DNA from: Roseivirga sp.
GTDB lineage: Bacteria; Bacteroidota; Bacteroidia; Flavobacteriales; Schleiferiaceae
Direction: 5' to 3'
Assembly: GCA_051277025.1 (NCBI GenBank)
Contig: JBNMPT010000001.1
Coordinates: 32 to 64,031, forward strand
Length of the DNA stretch: 64,000 nucleotides
Below, in pieces: positions 28,380-39,036 of this stretch. Under the pieces are notes generated by a model, which searched no databases, had not been told where the DNA came from, and saw nothing but the letters and a program-made list of their open reading frames with translations. The first letter of the stretch is position 1. Every line of letters begins with the position of its first letter. Both the position numbers and the translations under genes were made by a program.

Positions 28380-30515
28380 TTAGTCGATTAAGCCTATCTC
28401 TTCTAAGTCATCTATAATCCCCTGAGCAATTTCTCGGTCGGTAATTTCTGAACCTTCTTTATCCTCTCTATTAAACAGTATCGCTCCTGTTTTTATATCG
28501 AATAAGCGGAAGCGATACCAGTCCGAGCCATCAATATTATAAAGTGCATCGGCTAGAGCCAGATAATGCAAGGGCTTTCTTGGGAGTAAATATTTTTGGA
28601 GAGAGCGGGCGGTGGGAAAGCCAAACTGACCATAATCTTCCGCCTCTTGCACAAGGGCATTAATCGCACTCATGCGGTTATAATCGGCAACACTATTTTT
28701 ATCCCACTCTAAGCGATAAAGCATTTCTAATTTAGATGCGTTCTTAGCACGATACTCTCCGAAGCGATCTTTAAAATTCACTTCAATTTGCCTTACCGTT
28801 TGAAAGTCCATTAACCACAACTCCTTGGCATAAGGGAATATATTGGGACTAACCATTACGATTTGCTTTGGTGCCTTTTTAACCAAACTATAATAGGTCG
28901 GGTCCAAAATAAGCTGCTTAGCCTTGGCAAGGCTATCCTTTATGGCTTGGTTCGTGGCAATGAAGTTTTTAATCTTGGCACTGTCTCTTAAATCGTCCAG
29001 TACATAAAGATAAAAATCTGCCAATTGATACTTTAACTTAAGGTGCTTTTGTCTTTTGGTTAAAGATGAATCCAAGATGGGGTTTAAGTCTGGCTTTGGC
29101 TTTAGCAGAGTCGCATAAACATCGCTGATATTACTGTTTTCCTGTAGGATTACGTTAATGCTGCTCAGCATTTCTGCTGCTTCTGTGTCCTCTGGAAACA
29201 GCGCTAGGTAGTCTGCTATCTTCCTGCGGCTAAGGGCTACTAATTGTGCTGTATTAAAGTTGCGCAGCAGATGGTGTAAACCCTGCACCGGCCCGGGCAT
29301 ACGGCTTGGATCAACCAATAAATCATTAATCTTACGATTAGCGACCTTTAAAACCGCTAGCCCATAAGAAGCTCTGATATTGGCTTTCAATAAGAAGCGG
29401 TTTTTAGGATAGGTCTCCAGCAGACAATTCGAATTATAGAAGGCATTCAAATAGTCGCCTTCCAAAACCTGCCAATGAACAGTCTCCAGCCTACATAATT
29501 CTTGGATATCCTTAAATTCTGAATCGAAAACAAGTTCCTCCTCAGGCATTAAAGACGTCTTGTCCATTTCCTCAATTAAACGGATGCGCTTTTTAATACT
29601 CGGGTGGCTATGTCGGCGATCCTGATAACTGTAATCTGTGGAAATCGGATCCACCTCACTACGCAGGTAGAAATCTGGTAATTGAAAACCATTCTCGAAA
29701 TTGAACAAATCCTGATCCAAGTCACAGCGTCCGAAAGGATGATAGGTTTCATACAAATGCTTAAGGCACTCTTTTGCTGCGGAAGCTTGATAACCGGCCT
29801 TTTTAAAGAGGATTAAACCTAAAGAATCAGCCTCTTTTTCTTGCCCTTTATCGCGGATTAATTGTTCTTCAATAATATCAATTCGGTCCAAGTCATCCTC
29901 AGGAAGTTTAGTTTTAGTATACGACTCCCACGCATGCTTGAGTTTGTAGTGGGCGATTTCATGCGCGATAACGAAAGCCAAATCTGCCCGAGAATGAAGG
30001 TTAGCAACAATGCCATTACTGATCCCTATCATGCCGTTGGACATCATAAACCCTAGTCCCGAACTCGCGCCTCTATACAAGTAAATACGGATTTCCTTCG
30101 CTAAAACAGAATCCTCTTTTAAAATTTCATTTTTAATCCCCTCGAGGTAAACCGTAACCTGATCACCAAAAGAAAACTTCCCGCTATTCACTAAATAGCG
30201 ACTAGCATAGTACTGGTTAATTTCATAGTTCTCGATAAATCTCTCTTCGTCATGCGCGTCATCAAAAGCATACCAATGATTGATAAAATCAAAGGGGATA
30301 ATGCCCTTTGCCTGAATGGGAGTATAATCCTCACTGAAATCGTGGCCCGCGGAACTTTGAGCCTTAAGCGAAGGAGAGGAAAATAAAGTGAATAAGAAAA
30401 TTAGGGGAAGGGCGAATGCACTTTTCAATAATGAAAGAAGATACTCCCAGCTGCGCGAAGCTTTACGGGTGTTTAGGTAAGCAGATATCATTTTGATAAC
30501 AAAAGTTTTAAACAT
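28380..30515 (-). CDS. M48-family metallopeptidase, secreted (true start probably downstream of 30515)
   Basis: LAFVIAHEIAH (HExxH), EKEADSLG, SHPSIKKRI; signal-like segment ending LKA/Q. Confidence 0.85.
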   Translation of the reverse strand: MFKTFVIKMISAYLNTRKASRSWEYLLSLLKSAFALPLIFLFTLFSSPSLKAQSSAGHDFSEDYTPIQAKGIIPFDFINHWYAFDDAHDEERFIENYEINQYYASRYLVNSGKFSFGDQVTVYLEGIKNEILKEDSVLAKEIRIYLYRGASSGLGFMMSNGMIGISNGIVANLHSRADLAFVIAHEIAHYKLKHAWESYTKTKLPEDDLDRIDIIEEQLIRDKGQEKEADSLGLILFKKAGYQASAAKECLKHLYETYHPFGRCDLDQDLFNFENGFQLPDFYLRSEVDPISTDYSYQDRRHSHPSIKKRIRLIEEMDKTSLMPEEELVFDSEFKDIQELCRLETVHWQVLEGDYLNAFYNSNCLLETYPKNRFLLKANIRASYGLAVLKVANRKINDLLVDPSRMPGPVQGLHHLLRNFNTAQLVALSRRKIADYLALFPEDTEAAEMLSSINVILQENSNISDVYATLLKPKPDLNPILDSSLTKRQKHLKLKYQLADFYLYVLDDLRDSAKIKNFIATNQAIKDSLAKAKQLILDPTYYSLVKKAPKQIVMVSPNIFPYAKELWLMDFQTVRQIEVNFKDRFGEYRAKNASKLEMLYRLEWDKNSVADYNRMSAINALVQEAEDYGQFGFPTARSLQKYLLPRKPLHYLALADALYNIDGSDWYRFRLFDIKTGAILFNREDKEGSEITDREIAQGIIDDLEEIGLID

Positions 30516-30698
30516 GAATTCGGCCTAAAATTATAGCCTCAGATTTTCAAGAAAAGGAAAAGAATTTGTGTGCATCTTCTAAAAAGCAGTTTTTGGCGCC
30601 TTAGCCGTTCACAATAGCCCGCTATTGCTTCACCGCTTCAGCTTAAAACCCACTATTTATAAGAGGTCTGAGCCCTGATTTTACATCGAACTCAGGTT
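30511..30698 (-). mobile_element. IS982-type MITE (188 bp, inverted relative to the 13320 copy)
   Basis: AACATGAATTCGGCCTAAAATTATAGCCTCAG ... TTTTACATCGAACTCAGGTT; 5-bp flanks of the ACATG..CAGGT core are TTTAA/TTTGA. Confidence 0.85.
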
Positions 30699-30784
30699 TT
30701 GAGCAAGTTAATGCATTTATTTTAATATCAAAATGGCTCTATTAGTGCTTTTCCTGCTTAGTCGTAGGACTAATTTTTAGCAAC

Positions 30785-30816
30785 AAAAAACCCCATCGTT
30801 TCCAATGGGGTTTTTC
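30785..30816. terminator. Intrinsic terminator after the RND permease (bidirectional-looking)
   Basis: AAAAAACCCCAT-CGTTTCCA-ATGGGGTTTTTC. Confidence 0.85.
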
Positions 30817-30838
30817 AATAAACTGCTATTTTTTTGCT

Positions 30839-33800
30839 TTATGCCAGCTTTATGGTTTTGCGTAACCAACGGTTAAGGCGCTCGAGTAATAGGTACATAA
30901 CCGGCACTACTATTAGCGTTAAGAAGGTGGCGAATACTAATCCAAATATTACCGTCCAGGCCATTGGGCTCCAGAAGATAGCATTATCTCCACCGAAATA
31001 AATATTTGCTCCTCTATTATCCAGTAATCCGATGAAGTCAATGTTTAAACCAACCGCCAATGGCAAGAGGCCTAAAACAGTGGTGATAGCGGTTAGTAAC
31101 ACCGGACGCAGCCTCGTCATTCCTCCCAACTCAATTGCTTCCACCAAGTGTTTATCGTCTAATTCCTCTTTGTCTCCAAGACCTAATTTCTCACGGATTC
31201 GTGTTCTACTCAGTTCAATAAAGTCAATTAATACAATACCGTTGTTTACGACAATTCCCGCCAAGGAAACAATTCCAATACCGGTCATAATAACTACAAA
31301 CTCCATTTGAAAAATCCCTAAACCAAGGAACACCCCGATGGTACTAAAGAGCACCGTTAAGATGATAATGAAAGGCTTAGTGGCCGAGTTAAACTGAGAT
31401 ACTAGAATAATACTAATCAAGGAAATGGCGATCAACAAAGCTTTTATTAAGAAGGCGGTGCTTTCTGCCTGCTCTTCTTGGGAACCACCGAATTTAAGAT
31501 TGTAACCTTGTGGCATTTCATGATCTTTTAAAACCTCTTGAATGGAGTTATTAATCTCCGTTTTATTGAAGCCCTCTACGATATTCGAATAGACCGTTAC
31601 CAAGCGCTCACTATCCTTACGCTTAATGGAGTTATAGGAAGTATTATACTCGTAGCTAGCAACCGCCGAAATAGGAACTTGAACAACTTTTCCAGAGGCT
31701 TGTGAGCGGAAGGTTACCATTTGGTTCATTAGGCTAGCCACGTCGTAACGGTACTCGCGCTTAAGACGAACTTCAATAGGGTAATCATCCTCTCCTTCTT
31801 TAAATTTACTAGCCTCTGCACCGTAAAGTGCGGTGCGTAAAACCAAGGCTACCTGCTGCGTGCTTACTCCTAGGCGACGAGCATGGTCGCGATTAATTTT
31901 AACTAGAAGCTCAGGCTTATTTGTTTCCAAATCAATCTGAAGGTTTTCAATCCCTTTAATACCCGCTCTATTTACCTTTTGCTTAATCGCTTCCGCCGAA
32001 CCAAGCAGTACTTCGAAATTAGTACCGGTTAACTCTAGGTTGATATCTCTACCTACGGGAGGGCCGGTATTCTCTTTCTCCACACTAATGGTTACGCCGG
32101 GCAACCAGTTGTTTAACTGATCTGTTACTTCCCTTTGAATTTCGGTGGTACGCACTTCATCACGGAATTCATACTCTACAAAGGAAACGGTAATTCGCGC
32201 TTTATTTGGAGTATTTTGGCTACCACCACCGCCGCCAAGTTCATTTTGGCTCGCCGTTTCTGCTCCTACATTGGTTACTACACTTTCAACTAGCTTAGAA
32301 TAGGGCTCTAAAACCACATTCAAGCGCGCCTCAACCTTTTGAGCAATACTGTCGGTTGCAAGCACATCTGTACCTAAAGGCACTTCAACAAAGACGTTTA
32401 TATAGTTCGGTTCATTTACCGGGAAGAATTCTACTTTAGGGTTTGATGCGAAATAGAAACCAATGGAAACAAACATCAATACTATCGTTCCTATTATAAT
32501 TAATACCGGACGAATACCACTCAGTGAGTATTTCAAAGTCACGGCATATACGTTCTCTAAGCGTGGTAATAAAACCGTTTGAAACCAGCTTGAAAGCGGA
32601 TTTAAGAAATAGCTAAATAAGAGCACACTCCCGGAAATAGTTAGAAATAAATTCCCGGAAATGGTGTTGTCAGTCAAGAGGAATAAAACCCCTAAAGCGG
32701 CAAAGGCCAGTGTCCATATTATTGCTTTCTTATGATTTACCTTTTTATCTAGTTCTTGCTTCTTCATAAATACAGAAGCGATAACCGGGTTAATAACCAA
32801 GGCAACAAACAAAGATGATCCTAAAACAATAATTAGAGTGCGCGGGAGGTAGCCCATGAACTCTCCAATAATGTCATCCCAAAATAAGAGCGGAAAAAAG
32901 GCGGCTAAGGTGGTGGCGGTGGAACTGATAATCGGCACCGCTACCTCGCCAACACCTTGGCGTGCCGCTTCGTAAGCGGAATAGCCTTCATCGGCAAAAA
33001 GCCGGTAAATGTTTTCGATGGTAACGATAGCATTATCCACCAGCATCCCTAAGGCCAAGATTAATGAAAAGAGCACAATAAAATTAAGGCTCACACCGAG
33101 AGCACTCAAAATTAAAAAACTAATAAACATGGAGAAAGGAATGCTCAATCCCACGAAAGTGGCATTACGCAAACCAAGGAAAAACAGCAAGGTGATTACT
33201 ACTAATATCACTCCCGATATAATCGAGTTCTCTAAGTTGGCAAGCTGATTACGTGTTTGCTTACTCTGATCGTTGGTAATGGTAATGCGCAGTCCATCGG
33301 GCAAGATGTCTTTTTTAGCTAGAGCAATCAAAGCGCGAATCTTATCGGTGGCATCTAAGAGGTTTTTACCACTCTTTTTAATCACGTTTAAAGAAACCAC
33401 AGACTCTCCACCAAGACGAGCGAAACTCTCTACTTCTTTATATGTAAATAGAACATCTGCGACGTCTTTCAAATAGACAATATTGCCTTTTTCATGCTTG
33501 ATAATTACACTGCGAATTTCGTCCATATTCGCAAACTCGGCATCGGTGCGAATACTTCTACGAGTCTTACCTAAAAGGATATCGCCTGCGCCAATATTAA
33601 TATTTTCCGAGGCTAAAGCACTTTGCACATCATTAAAGCTAAGCTGATTTGCTTGCATCTTGGGCAAATCTATGTTCACCTGTACTTCTTTTTCTTTATC
33701 GCCAGTAATGGTCGCTTCCGAGATTTCGCCTAACTCTTCAATCTCATTTTGGAGATATTCCGCATAGTCTACCAAATCATCAATTGAATAATCTCCCGAA

Positions 33801-34255
33801 AGGTTAATATTCAGAATTGGCACTCTACTAAGGTCGATATCCAGTACTACTGGGTCTTGATCTAAATCGGTGGGAAGGTCACCCATGGCACGATCTACCG
33901 CATCTTTAACATCCTGTAAGGCTTTTTCTGTATCTACATCTGTATTAAACTCTACGTTTATAATACTAACATCCTGTACCGACTCGGAGTTAAGGTTTTT
34001 AATACCACTTACCCCTTTTATCTCTTTTTCGAGCGGACGTGTAATAAGGTTTTCGATATCTACGGGAGTGTTTCCTGGATAAGGTGTTTGCACGTAGATA
34101 AGCGGGAATACAATCTCGGGGAAAGACTCCTTAGGCATGGTGATGTAGGAGAACACCCCAAAAAGAATAAGAAGAGCCGAGAGGATAAACACACTAATGC
34201 TGTTGCGCAGCGCTAGGTTGCTTAATCCGAAATTTCTATTGGTTTTATTAGCCAT
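30839..34255 (-). CDS. RND efflux permease (AcrB/AcrD/AcrF family)
   Basis: PKESFPE, LGMLVDNAIV..ENI, GIVVNNGIVLID, RLRPVLLT. Confidence 0.95.
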   Translation of the reverse strand: MANKTNRNFGLSNLALRNSISVFILSALLILFGVFSYITMPKESFPEIVFPLIYVQTPYPGNTPVDIENLITRPLEKEIKGVSGIKNLNSESVQDVSIINVEFNTDVDTEKALQDVKDAVDRAMGDLPTDLDQDPVVLDIDLSRVPILNINLSGDYSIDDLVDYAEYLQNEIEELGEISEATITGDKEKEVQVNIDLPKMQANQLSFNDVQSALASENINIGAGDILLGKTRRSIRTDAEFANMDEIRSVIIKHEKGNIVYLKDVADVLFTYKEVESFARLGGESVVSLNVIKKSGKNLLDATDKIRALIALAKKDILPDGLRITITNDQSKQTRNQLANLENSIISGVILVVITLLFFLGLRNATFVGLSIPFSMFISFLILSALGVSLNFIVLFSLILALGMLVDNAIVTIENIYRLFADEGYSAYEAARQGVGEVAVPIISSTATTLAAFFPLLFWDDIIGEFMGYLPRTLIIVLGSSLFVALVINPVIASVFMKKQELDKKVNHKKAIIWTLAFAALGVLFLLTDNTISGNLFLTISGSVLLFSYFLNPLSSWFQTVLLPRLENVYAVTLKYSLSGIRPVLIIIGTIVLMFVSIGFYFASNPKVEFFPVNEPNYINVFVEVPLGTDVLATDSIAQKVEARLNVVLEPYSKLVESVVTNVGAETASQNELGGGGGSQNTPNKARITVSFVEYEFRDEVRTTEIQREVTDQLNNWLPGVTISVEKENTGPPVGRDINLELTGTNFEVLLGSAEAIKQKVNRAGIKGIENLQIDLETNKPELLVKINRDHARRLGVSTQQVALVLRTALYGAEASKFKEGEDDYPIEVRLKREYRYDVASLMNQMVTFRSQASGKVVQVPISAVASYEYNTSYNSIKRKDSERLVTVYSNIVEGFNKTEINNSIQEVLKDHEMPQGYNLKFGGSQEEQAESTAFLIKALLIAISLISIILVSQFNSATKPFIIILTVLFSTIGVFLGLGIFQMEFVVIMTGIGIVSLAGIVVNNGIVLIDFIELSRTRIREKLGLGDKEELDDKHLVEAIELGGMTRLRPVLLTAITTVLGLLPLAVGLNIDFIGLLDNRGANIYFGGDNAIFWSPMAWTVIFGLVFATFLTLIVVPVMYLLLERLNRWLRKTIKLA

Positions 34256-34273
34256 AATCTTGCTGGAAATATT

Positions 34274-35407
34274 TTATTGAACGCTAACTTTTTGACCCTC
34301 TGAAACCTCATTGAAGCCAGCGATTATCACTTTCTCTCCTGCAATTAAGCCCGAGGTGATTTCACTTTTATCAGAGAAAGAATAGCCCGTAATAATATAG
34401 CGTTTGTTCACTCGGTTCTCGCCGTCAGTATTTACTACGGTGTATACATAGTTTCCTTTAAGGTCCTTTTTAACCGAAATTGAGGGGATCACGAAGGCCT
34501 CCGCATTGTTATAATCTCTAAAAGTTAGCTCTGCTAGCAGGTTGGGTTTAATCAACTCGCTTTGATTGTTTAAAGCTACCTTTACTGTGAAACTGCGGTT
34601 TTCTGGTTTAATATATTGGCTTAAGAAAATGATTTTTTCTTCTTGATTTAAGCCTAATGCCGGAATACTTACTTTAACTGGATCACCTTTCTTAACCGCT
34701 TTCAAGTAGTTTTCTGATAAGTCTGTTTCTACCTCAAGGTTATTCAAGTCTATAATGCGTACCACGGGTGTTCCTACGCCTACAAATTCACCGGTATTTA
34801 CATTGATATTATCTACTACGCCACTTACGGGAGCAATAATCATGGTGTTTTTTAATTGCGCCTCAACCTGAGCCAGACGATCTTTAGAAGAAAGGAAATT
34901 TGTTTCGGCATTTAAATACTCGATTTCCGAACCGATATTCTCTTTCCATAAGCGAGCGCGACGTTCGAAAGTAGTTTTAGCCAATTGATAGCCTAATTTC
35001 GCTTCCGATAACTGGTTGGTAACAATGTCACTTTCTAAACGAATAATAACCTGTCCGGCACGCACGGGGTCGCCTTCTTTAACATCAATACTAATTACCC
35101 GGCCATTGCCTTCTGCGCTAAGCAAAACATTCTGCTTACTGCCCACTAGGCCCGATACTTTTACAAAGTGCTCAAAATTTTCACTCACCAAAGCCTGAAT
35201 TTTTACGGGCACTAATTTCGCCGGCTCGGCCATTTTGTTTGTGTCTAAAAGAGTAATGTTCTTTTCTAGAGAATCAATACTCGTTTGCAAGGCTTTCATC
35301 TCTTCCTTCGCCACCGACAAATCACCCCTGAGGCTCTCTAAGCTTGGCTTTTGATTACAGGCAACAAAAAGACTAATGGCAGAGATTATATAAATTACTT
35401 TTTTCAT
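34274..35407 (-). CDS. RND periplasmic adaptor (MFP) lipoprotein
   Basis: Lipobox LFVAC, lipoyl half-motifs (VKEGDPV, IIAPVSGVV). Confidence 0.93.
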   Translation of the reverse strand: MKKVIYIISAISLFVACNQKPSLESLRGDLSVAKEEMKALQTSIDSLEKNITLLDTNKMAEPAKLVPVKIQALVSENFEHFVKVSGLVGSKQNVLLSAEGNGRVISIDVKEGDPVRAGQVIIRLESDIVTNQLSEAKLGYQLAKTTFERRARLWKENIGSEIEYLNAETNFLSSKDRLAQVEAQLKNTMIIAPVSGVVDNINVNTGEFVGVGTPVVRIIDLNNLEVETDLSENYLKAVKKGDPVKVSIPALGLNQEEKIIFLSQYIKPENRSFTVKVALNNQSELIKPNLLAELTFRDYNNAEAFVIPSISVKKDLKGNYVYTVVNTDGENRVNKRYIITGYSFSDKSEITSGLIAGEKVIIAGFNEVSEGQKVSVQ

Positions 35408-35421
35408 GTTCTAATCGTGTT

Positions 35422-36771
35422 TTATTTACCCAAAGCGTACTCTAAAGCTTCCTTGGAGTTTAAGGCGTTTGAAATTGCGTTGATATAATTGGTTTGGGTT
35501 TGTAGCAATTGATTTTCAGACTGACTGAGCTCGAGGCTGCTACTTAAGCCTTCTTTATATTTAAGAAGGGTTTTATTGCGAATCTTTTCACTCAACTCTA
35601 CATTACGCACTTGATTATTATAATTATCGATGGCGTATTTGTAGTCACTTAAGGCTCTTTCAAAGGCCAGGTCTAGCTGACTTTCGGTAGCCGCTTTCGC
35701 TACTGAAACGCGTTCCACATCAATCTTGGCTTTTTGCACCTTGGCATGACGCGCCAATCCTGTAAACACATCCCAACTTAAACTGGCTCCAATGGTTGTT
35801 CCTGGAATCCAATAGGTATCGAAATTAAAAACATCGTTAATCTCATTGCCAAAATTGCTTTGACTGTGGGTAAGAAAAGCACTTAGGGAAGGATAAAATT
35901 TAGCTTTCTCGTTGGCTAGCGTTAGTTCCGCTGCGCGCTCATTAATCAAGGTGGTGCGGTAAGTAATATGATCCTCCAACTTTAAGCTATCGAGACTCAT
36001 ACCGAGAGCTATTTCTGCCGGTGTGATAAGCTCTTGTAAAGTGGTGCTTAATTCTATGGTTTCACCCAGACTCATCCCCATATTAAACTTCAAAAGCTGA
36101 TGCGCTAAGTTTAACTGGCGATTCGTATTGGCTAGGTTGTTCTGAAGGTTATTTATCAATAGCTCTAGTTGATCTACATCCTGATCTTCCACAAAACCAT
36201 TTTCATAAAGTTTTCGAGTTTCCTTAAAGTTTTGACTGAGTACTTTTAAGTTCTGCTCTAAAATATACTGCGTTTTTTCGGCCACTAAGACACCGTAGTA
36301 ACTCTGTGCAACATTTTTACGCGCTTCTATTTCCGCGTTCTCTTTATCCAGTCTTTTGGTTTCTTTAAAAACCTTAGAAGCCTGCAGGGCTACAAAATAA
36401 GAACCATCGAGTAGTAACTGCTTTACCTGAATTACCGCTTGGTTTTGATGCGCTACTCCAAAAGCCACCGTCGTAAATTCACCTGCTGCTGCGTCAGGAT
36501 CAAAAAACTGTGCGGGAATAGGAGTCTGTGGTATTTGAGCATTATAAGAATAACCAAAGGATGCGCTAATTTGCGGTAAGCCCATCGCGGCGGTTTCCAT
36601 AATGGTCTTCTTGGCCTTGATAAATTCCAGTTGTTTATCCTGAACCGTATAAGCATGCTTAGCCGCATATTCTTCCGCTTCGGCAAGACTGAAGCGACGC
36701 GCTTCGGCTTGGGCAAAAATGCCTCCGCTGAAAAGTAGGCCTAGCAAAAGGCTTGAGTACTTTACTTTCAT
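35422..36771 (-). CDS. TolC-family outer membrane factor
   Basis: Signal peptide, LPQIS/FYPSLS motifs, position in RND operon. Confidence 0.92.
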   Translation of the reverse strand: MKVKYSSLLLGLLFSGGIFAQAEARRFSLAEAEEYAAKHAYTVQDKQLEFIKAKKTIMETAAMGLPQISASFGYSYNAQIPQTPIPAQFFDPDAAAGEFTTVAFGVAHQNQAVIQVKQLLLDGSYFVALQASKVFKETKRLDKENAEIEARKNVAQSYYGVLVAEKTQYILEQNLKVLSQNFKETRKLYENGFVEDQDVDQLELLINNLQNNLANTNRQLNLAHQLLKFNMGMSLGETIELSTTLQELITPAEIALGMSLDSLKLEDHITYRTTLINERAAELTLANEKAKFYPSLSAFLTHSQSNFGNEINDVFNFDTYWIPGTTIGASLSWDVFTGLARHAKVQKAKIDVERVSVAKAATESQLDLAFERALSDYKYAIDNYNNQVRNVELSEKIRNKTLLKYKEGLSSSLELSQSENQLLQTQTNYINAISNALNSKEALEYALGK

Positions 36772-36775
36772 AAAA

Positions 36776-37393
36776 TTAGCTGTTGGTCTTAAGTTTGTAT
36801 TCTAAATATTTTATCCCTTCTGGAGAAGCTATCCCTCGCAGGTGGTAGATTAAAATTTCTCGCATCACTGCTTTAACACTCAAGCTATTTTGTTGGAAGA
36901 GGTTGTCTTCCTCTAGCATAAGCCTCGCTCTGCTGTAATATAAAAAGCTTACGATTTCTGTGTCCAATTCGGAACGATAAATTTTTTCCTGTTTTCCACG
37001 CTTGATGTTTTCATCTATCAAACGATAAATCACTTCCCGCTTGCGTTTCTCCAGTGAGGCAAAAACCTCCGGGTAGTAGCGCTCCAACTGAAACTGAATA
37101 CTGGGGTCGTGCTGCTCTATACTTGTGCAAATTTGAGCATCCATCGCAAATAACATGTCAATAGCATTTCCCTCCTCAAAGTCTAAAAGGCCCAGCATCT
37201 GGATTGTTATTGCAGTAAACATTTCGTCTACCCCTTTGCGCACCAACTCTTCCTTATTCGAAAAATACTTGTAAAGGGTTTTTTTGGAGATGCATAAATC
37301 TTTGGCAATATCATCCATGGTTACAGGCCTTAATCCATAACGATTAAATAAAGACACTGAACGTCCTAATATCTCTCTTTCTATTTTCTCCAT
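36776..37393 (-). CDS. TetR/AcrR-family regulator
   Basis: TMDDIAKDLCISKKTLYKYFSNKEEL HTH. Confidence 0.95.
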   Translation of the reverse strand: MEKIEREILGRSVSLFNRYGLRPVTMDDIAKDLCISKKTLYKYFSNKEELVRKGVDEMFTAITIQMLGLLDFEEGNAIDMLFAMDAQICTSIEQHDPSIQFQLERYYPEVFASLEKRKREVIYRLIDENIKRGKQEKIYRSELDTEIVSFLYYSRARLMLEEDNLFQQNSLSVKAVMREILIYHLRGIASPEGIKYLEYKLKTNS

Positions 37394-37400
37394 TGCGCGG

Positions 37401-37450
37401 CAAAAGTAAAAAAAGAATACCCAAGGAAACTATATTTTTTATTAAGTTTC
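37401..37450 (-). promoter_or_regulatory. Promoter (-7 TACTTTTG, 37401-37408) with candidate TetR operator GAAACT-N13-AGTTTC (37426-37450)
   Basis: Consensus -7 box plus a perfect 6-bp inverted repeat just upstream of it. Confidence 0.5.
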
Positions 37451-37520
37451 GTAGTTTAATGGTTTCTTTGAATTTCTTTCATTTGAAAGGGAAAAAATTT
37501 GACCTTTGTCATCAATTAGA

Positions 37521-38954
37521 ATGGACACGATGCTCTTAATAAAAGATATACTCGATCAGAAACCGATCGGAAACAGTCATACGGTTAAAGCTTGGGTAAG
37601 AACCTTTCGCAGCAATCGCTTTATTGCCCTAAGTGATGGTAGCACCATCCGCACTTTACAAGCGGTAGTAGACTTTGAAAAGTTTGATGAAGCGCTTTTA
37701 AAACGCATCACCACTGGTGCGGCGCTAGCCCTTACAGGCGAATTGGTAAACTCTCTAGGAAAGGGACAGGAAGTGGAACTTTTGGTAGAGTCAATTGTGG
37801 TTTTAGGAGACAGTAATCCGGATGAGTATCCTTTACAGCCTAAGAAACACTCCTTGGAGTTCCTGAGGGAACATGCGCACCTAAGAATTCGTACCAACAC
37901 TTTTGGGGCGGTTATGCGCTTGCGTCATAGCCTCGCCTTTGCGGTGCACGAATACTTCAACAAGAACAATTTCTTTTGCATGCACACCCCAATTATTACC
38001 GGCAGTGATGCCGAGGGAGCGGGTGAAATGTTCAATGTATCGGTTTTAGATAAGAAAAACCCACCCCTTACCGAAGAAGGTAAAGTAGACTATAGTCAAG
38101 ATTTCTTTGCTAAAGAAACAAACCTAACCGTTTCAGGACAGCTAGAGGCCGAACTGGGGGCGCTTGCCTTAAGTAAGGTTTACACCTTCGGGCCCACCTT
38201 TAGGGCGGAAAACTCCAATACCAGCAGGCACCTAGCCGAATTTTGGATGATTGAGCCAGAGGTCGCTTTCGCAGATTTGAATAGCAATATGGATCTGGCG
38301 GAAGACTTTTTAAAGTATGTGATTAACTACGCTTTAGAAAACTGTCAGAACGATTTAGCGTTTCTAGAAAAACGCCTGCTCGACGAGGAGAAAATGAAAC
38401 CTCAAAACGAACGCAGTGCCCTGCCTCTTAGGGAGAAACTTCAGTTTGTAGTAGACAATAACTTTCGCAGGGTGAGCTACACCGAGGCGATTGATATTTT
38501 ACGCAACTGCAAGCCTAACAAAAAGAAAAAGTTTAAATATATCATTGACGAATGGGGTGCTGACCTTCAGTCCGAACATGAGAAATACCTGGTGCAGCAC
38601 TTTAATGCTCCGGTAATATTATTCGATTATCCCGCCAATATTAAGGCCTTTTACATGCGCCTTAATGAGGACGGTAAAACCGTGCGAGCGATGGATATTT
38701 TATTCCCCGGTATTGGTGAAATTGTAGGCGGTTCGCAAAGGGAAGAGCGCCACGATGTGTTGCTTGAAAAAATGCAGGAGTTTAAGGTTGATTCTAAGGA
38801 ATTACAATGGTACCTCGATACCCGTAAATTTGGCACCTGTGTGCACAGTGGCTTTGGTTTAGGCTTTGAGCGTTTAGTGCTTTTTGTAAGCGGTATGACT
38901 AATATTCGCGATGTCATTCCTTTCCCTAGAACACCTGGTAACGCAGATTTTTAA
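37521..38954 (+). CDS. asnS: Asparagine--tRNA ligase (start probably ATG 37521 or 37530)
   Basis: [51 protein letters not shown]. Confidence 0.97.
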   Translation: MDTMLLIKDILDQKPIGNSHTVKAWVRTFRSNRFIALSDGSTIRTLQAVVDFEKFDEALLKRITTGAALALTGELVNSLGKGQEVELLVESIVVLGDSNPDEYPLQPKKHSLEFLREHAHLRIRTNTFGAVMRLRHSLAFAVHEYFNKNNFFCMHTPIITGSDAEGAGEMFNVSVLDKKNPPLTEEGKVDYSQDFFAKETNLTVSGQLEAELGALALSKVYTFGPTFRAENSNTSRHLAEFWMIEPEVAFADLNSNMDLAEDFLKYVINYALENCQNDLAFLEKRLLDEEKMKPQNERSALPLREKLQFVVDNNFRRVSYTEAIDILRNCKPNKKKKFKYIIDEWGADLQSEHEKYLVQHFNAPVILFDYPANIKAFYMRLNEDGKTVRAMDILFPGIGEIVGGSQREERHDVLLEKMQEFKVDSKELQWYLDTRKFGTCVHSGFGLGFERLVLFVSGMTNIRDVIPFPRTPGNADF

Positions 38955-39003
38955 AACGATCGGGTCCTATTATTCAAATCATCTTATGCTTTGAAACACT
39001 ATT

Positions 39004-39031
39004 AAGCACGGAGTAATTTCCGTGCTTTTTT
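39004..39031 (+). terminator. Intrinsic terminator after asnS
   Basis: AAGCACGGA-GTAATT-TCCGTGCTT followed by a T-run. Confidence 0.85.
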
Positions 39032-39036
39032 TAGGC

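Noticed and set aside
26648-30698. MITE-flanked composite element carrying the secreted hypothetical protein and the M48 peptidase
   Set aside because: Outer flanks (TCTTA vs TTTGA) are not a target duplication, and the right MITE has its own near-perfect duplication, so these look like independent insertions
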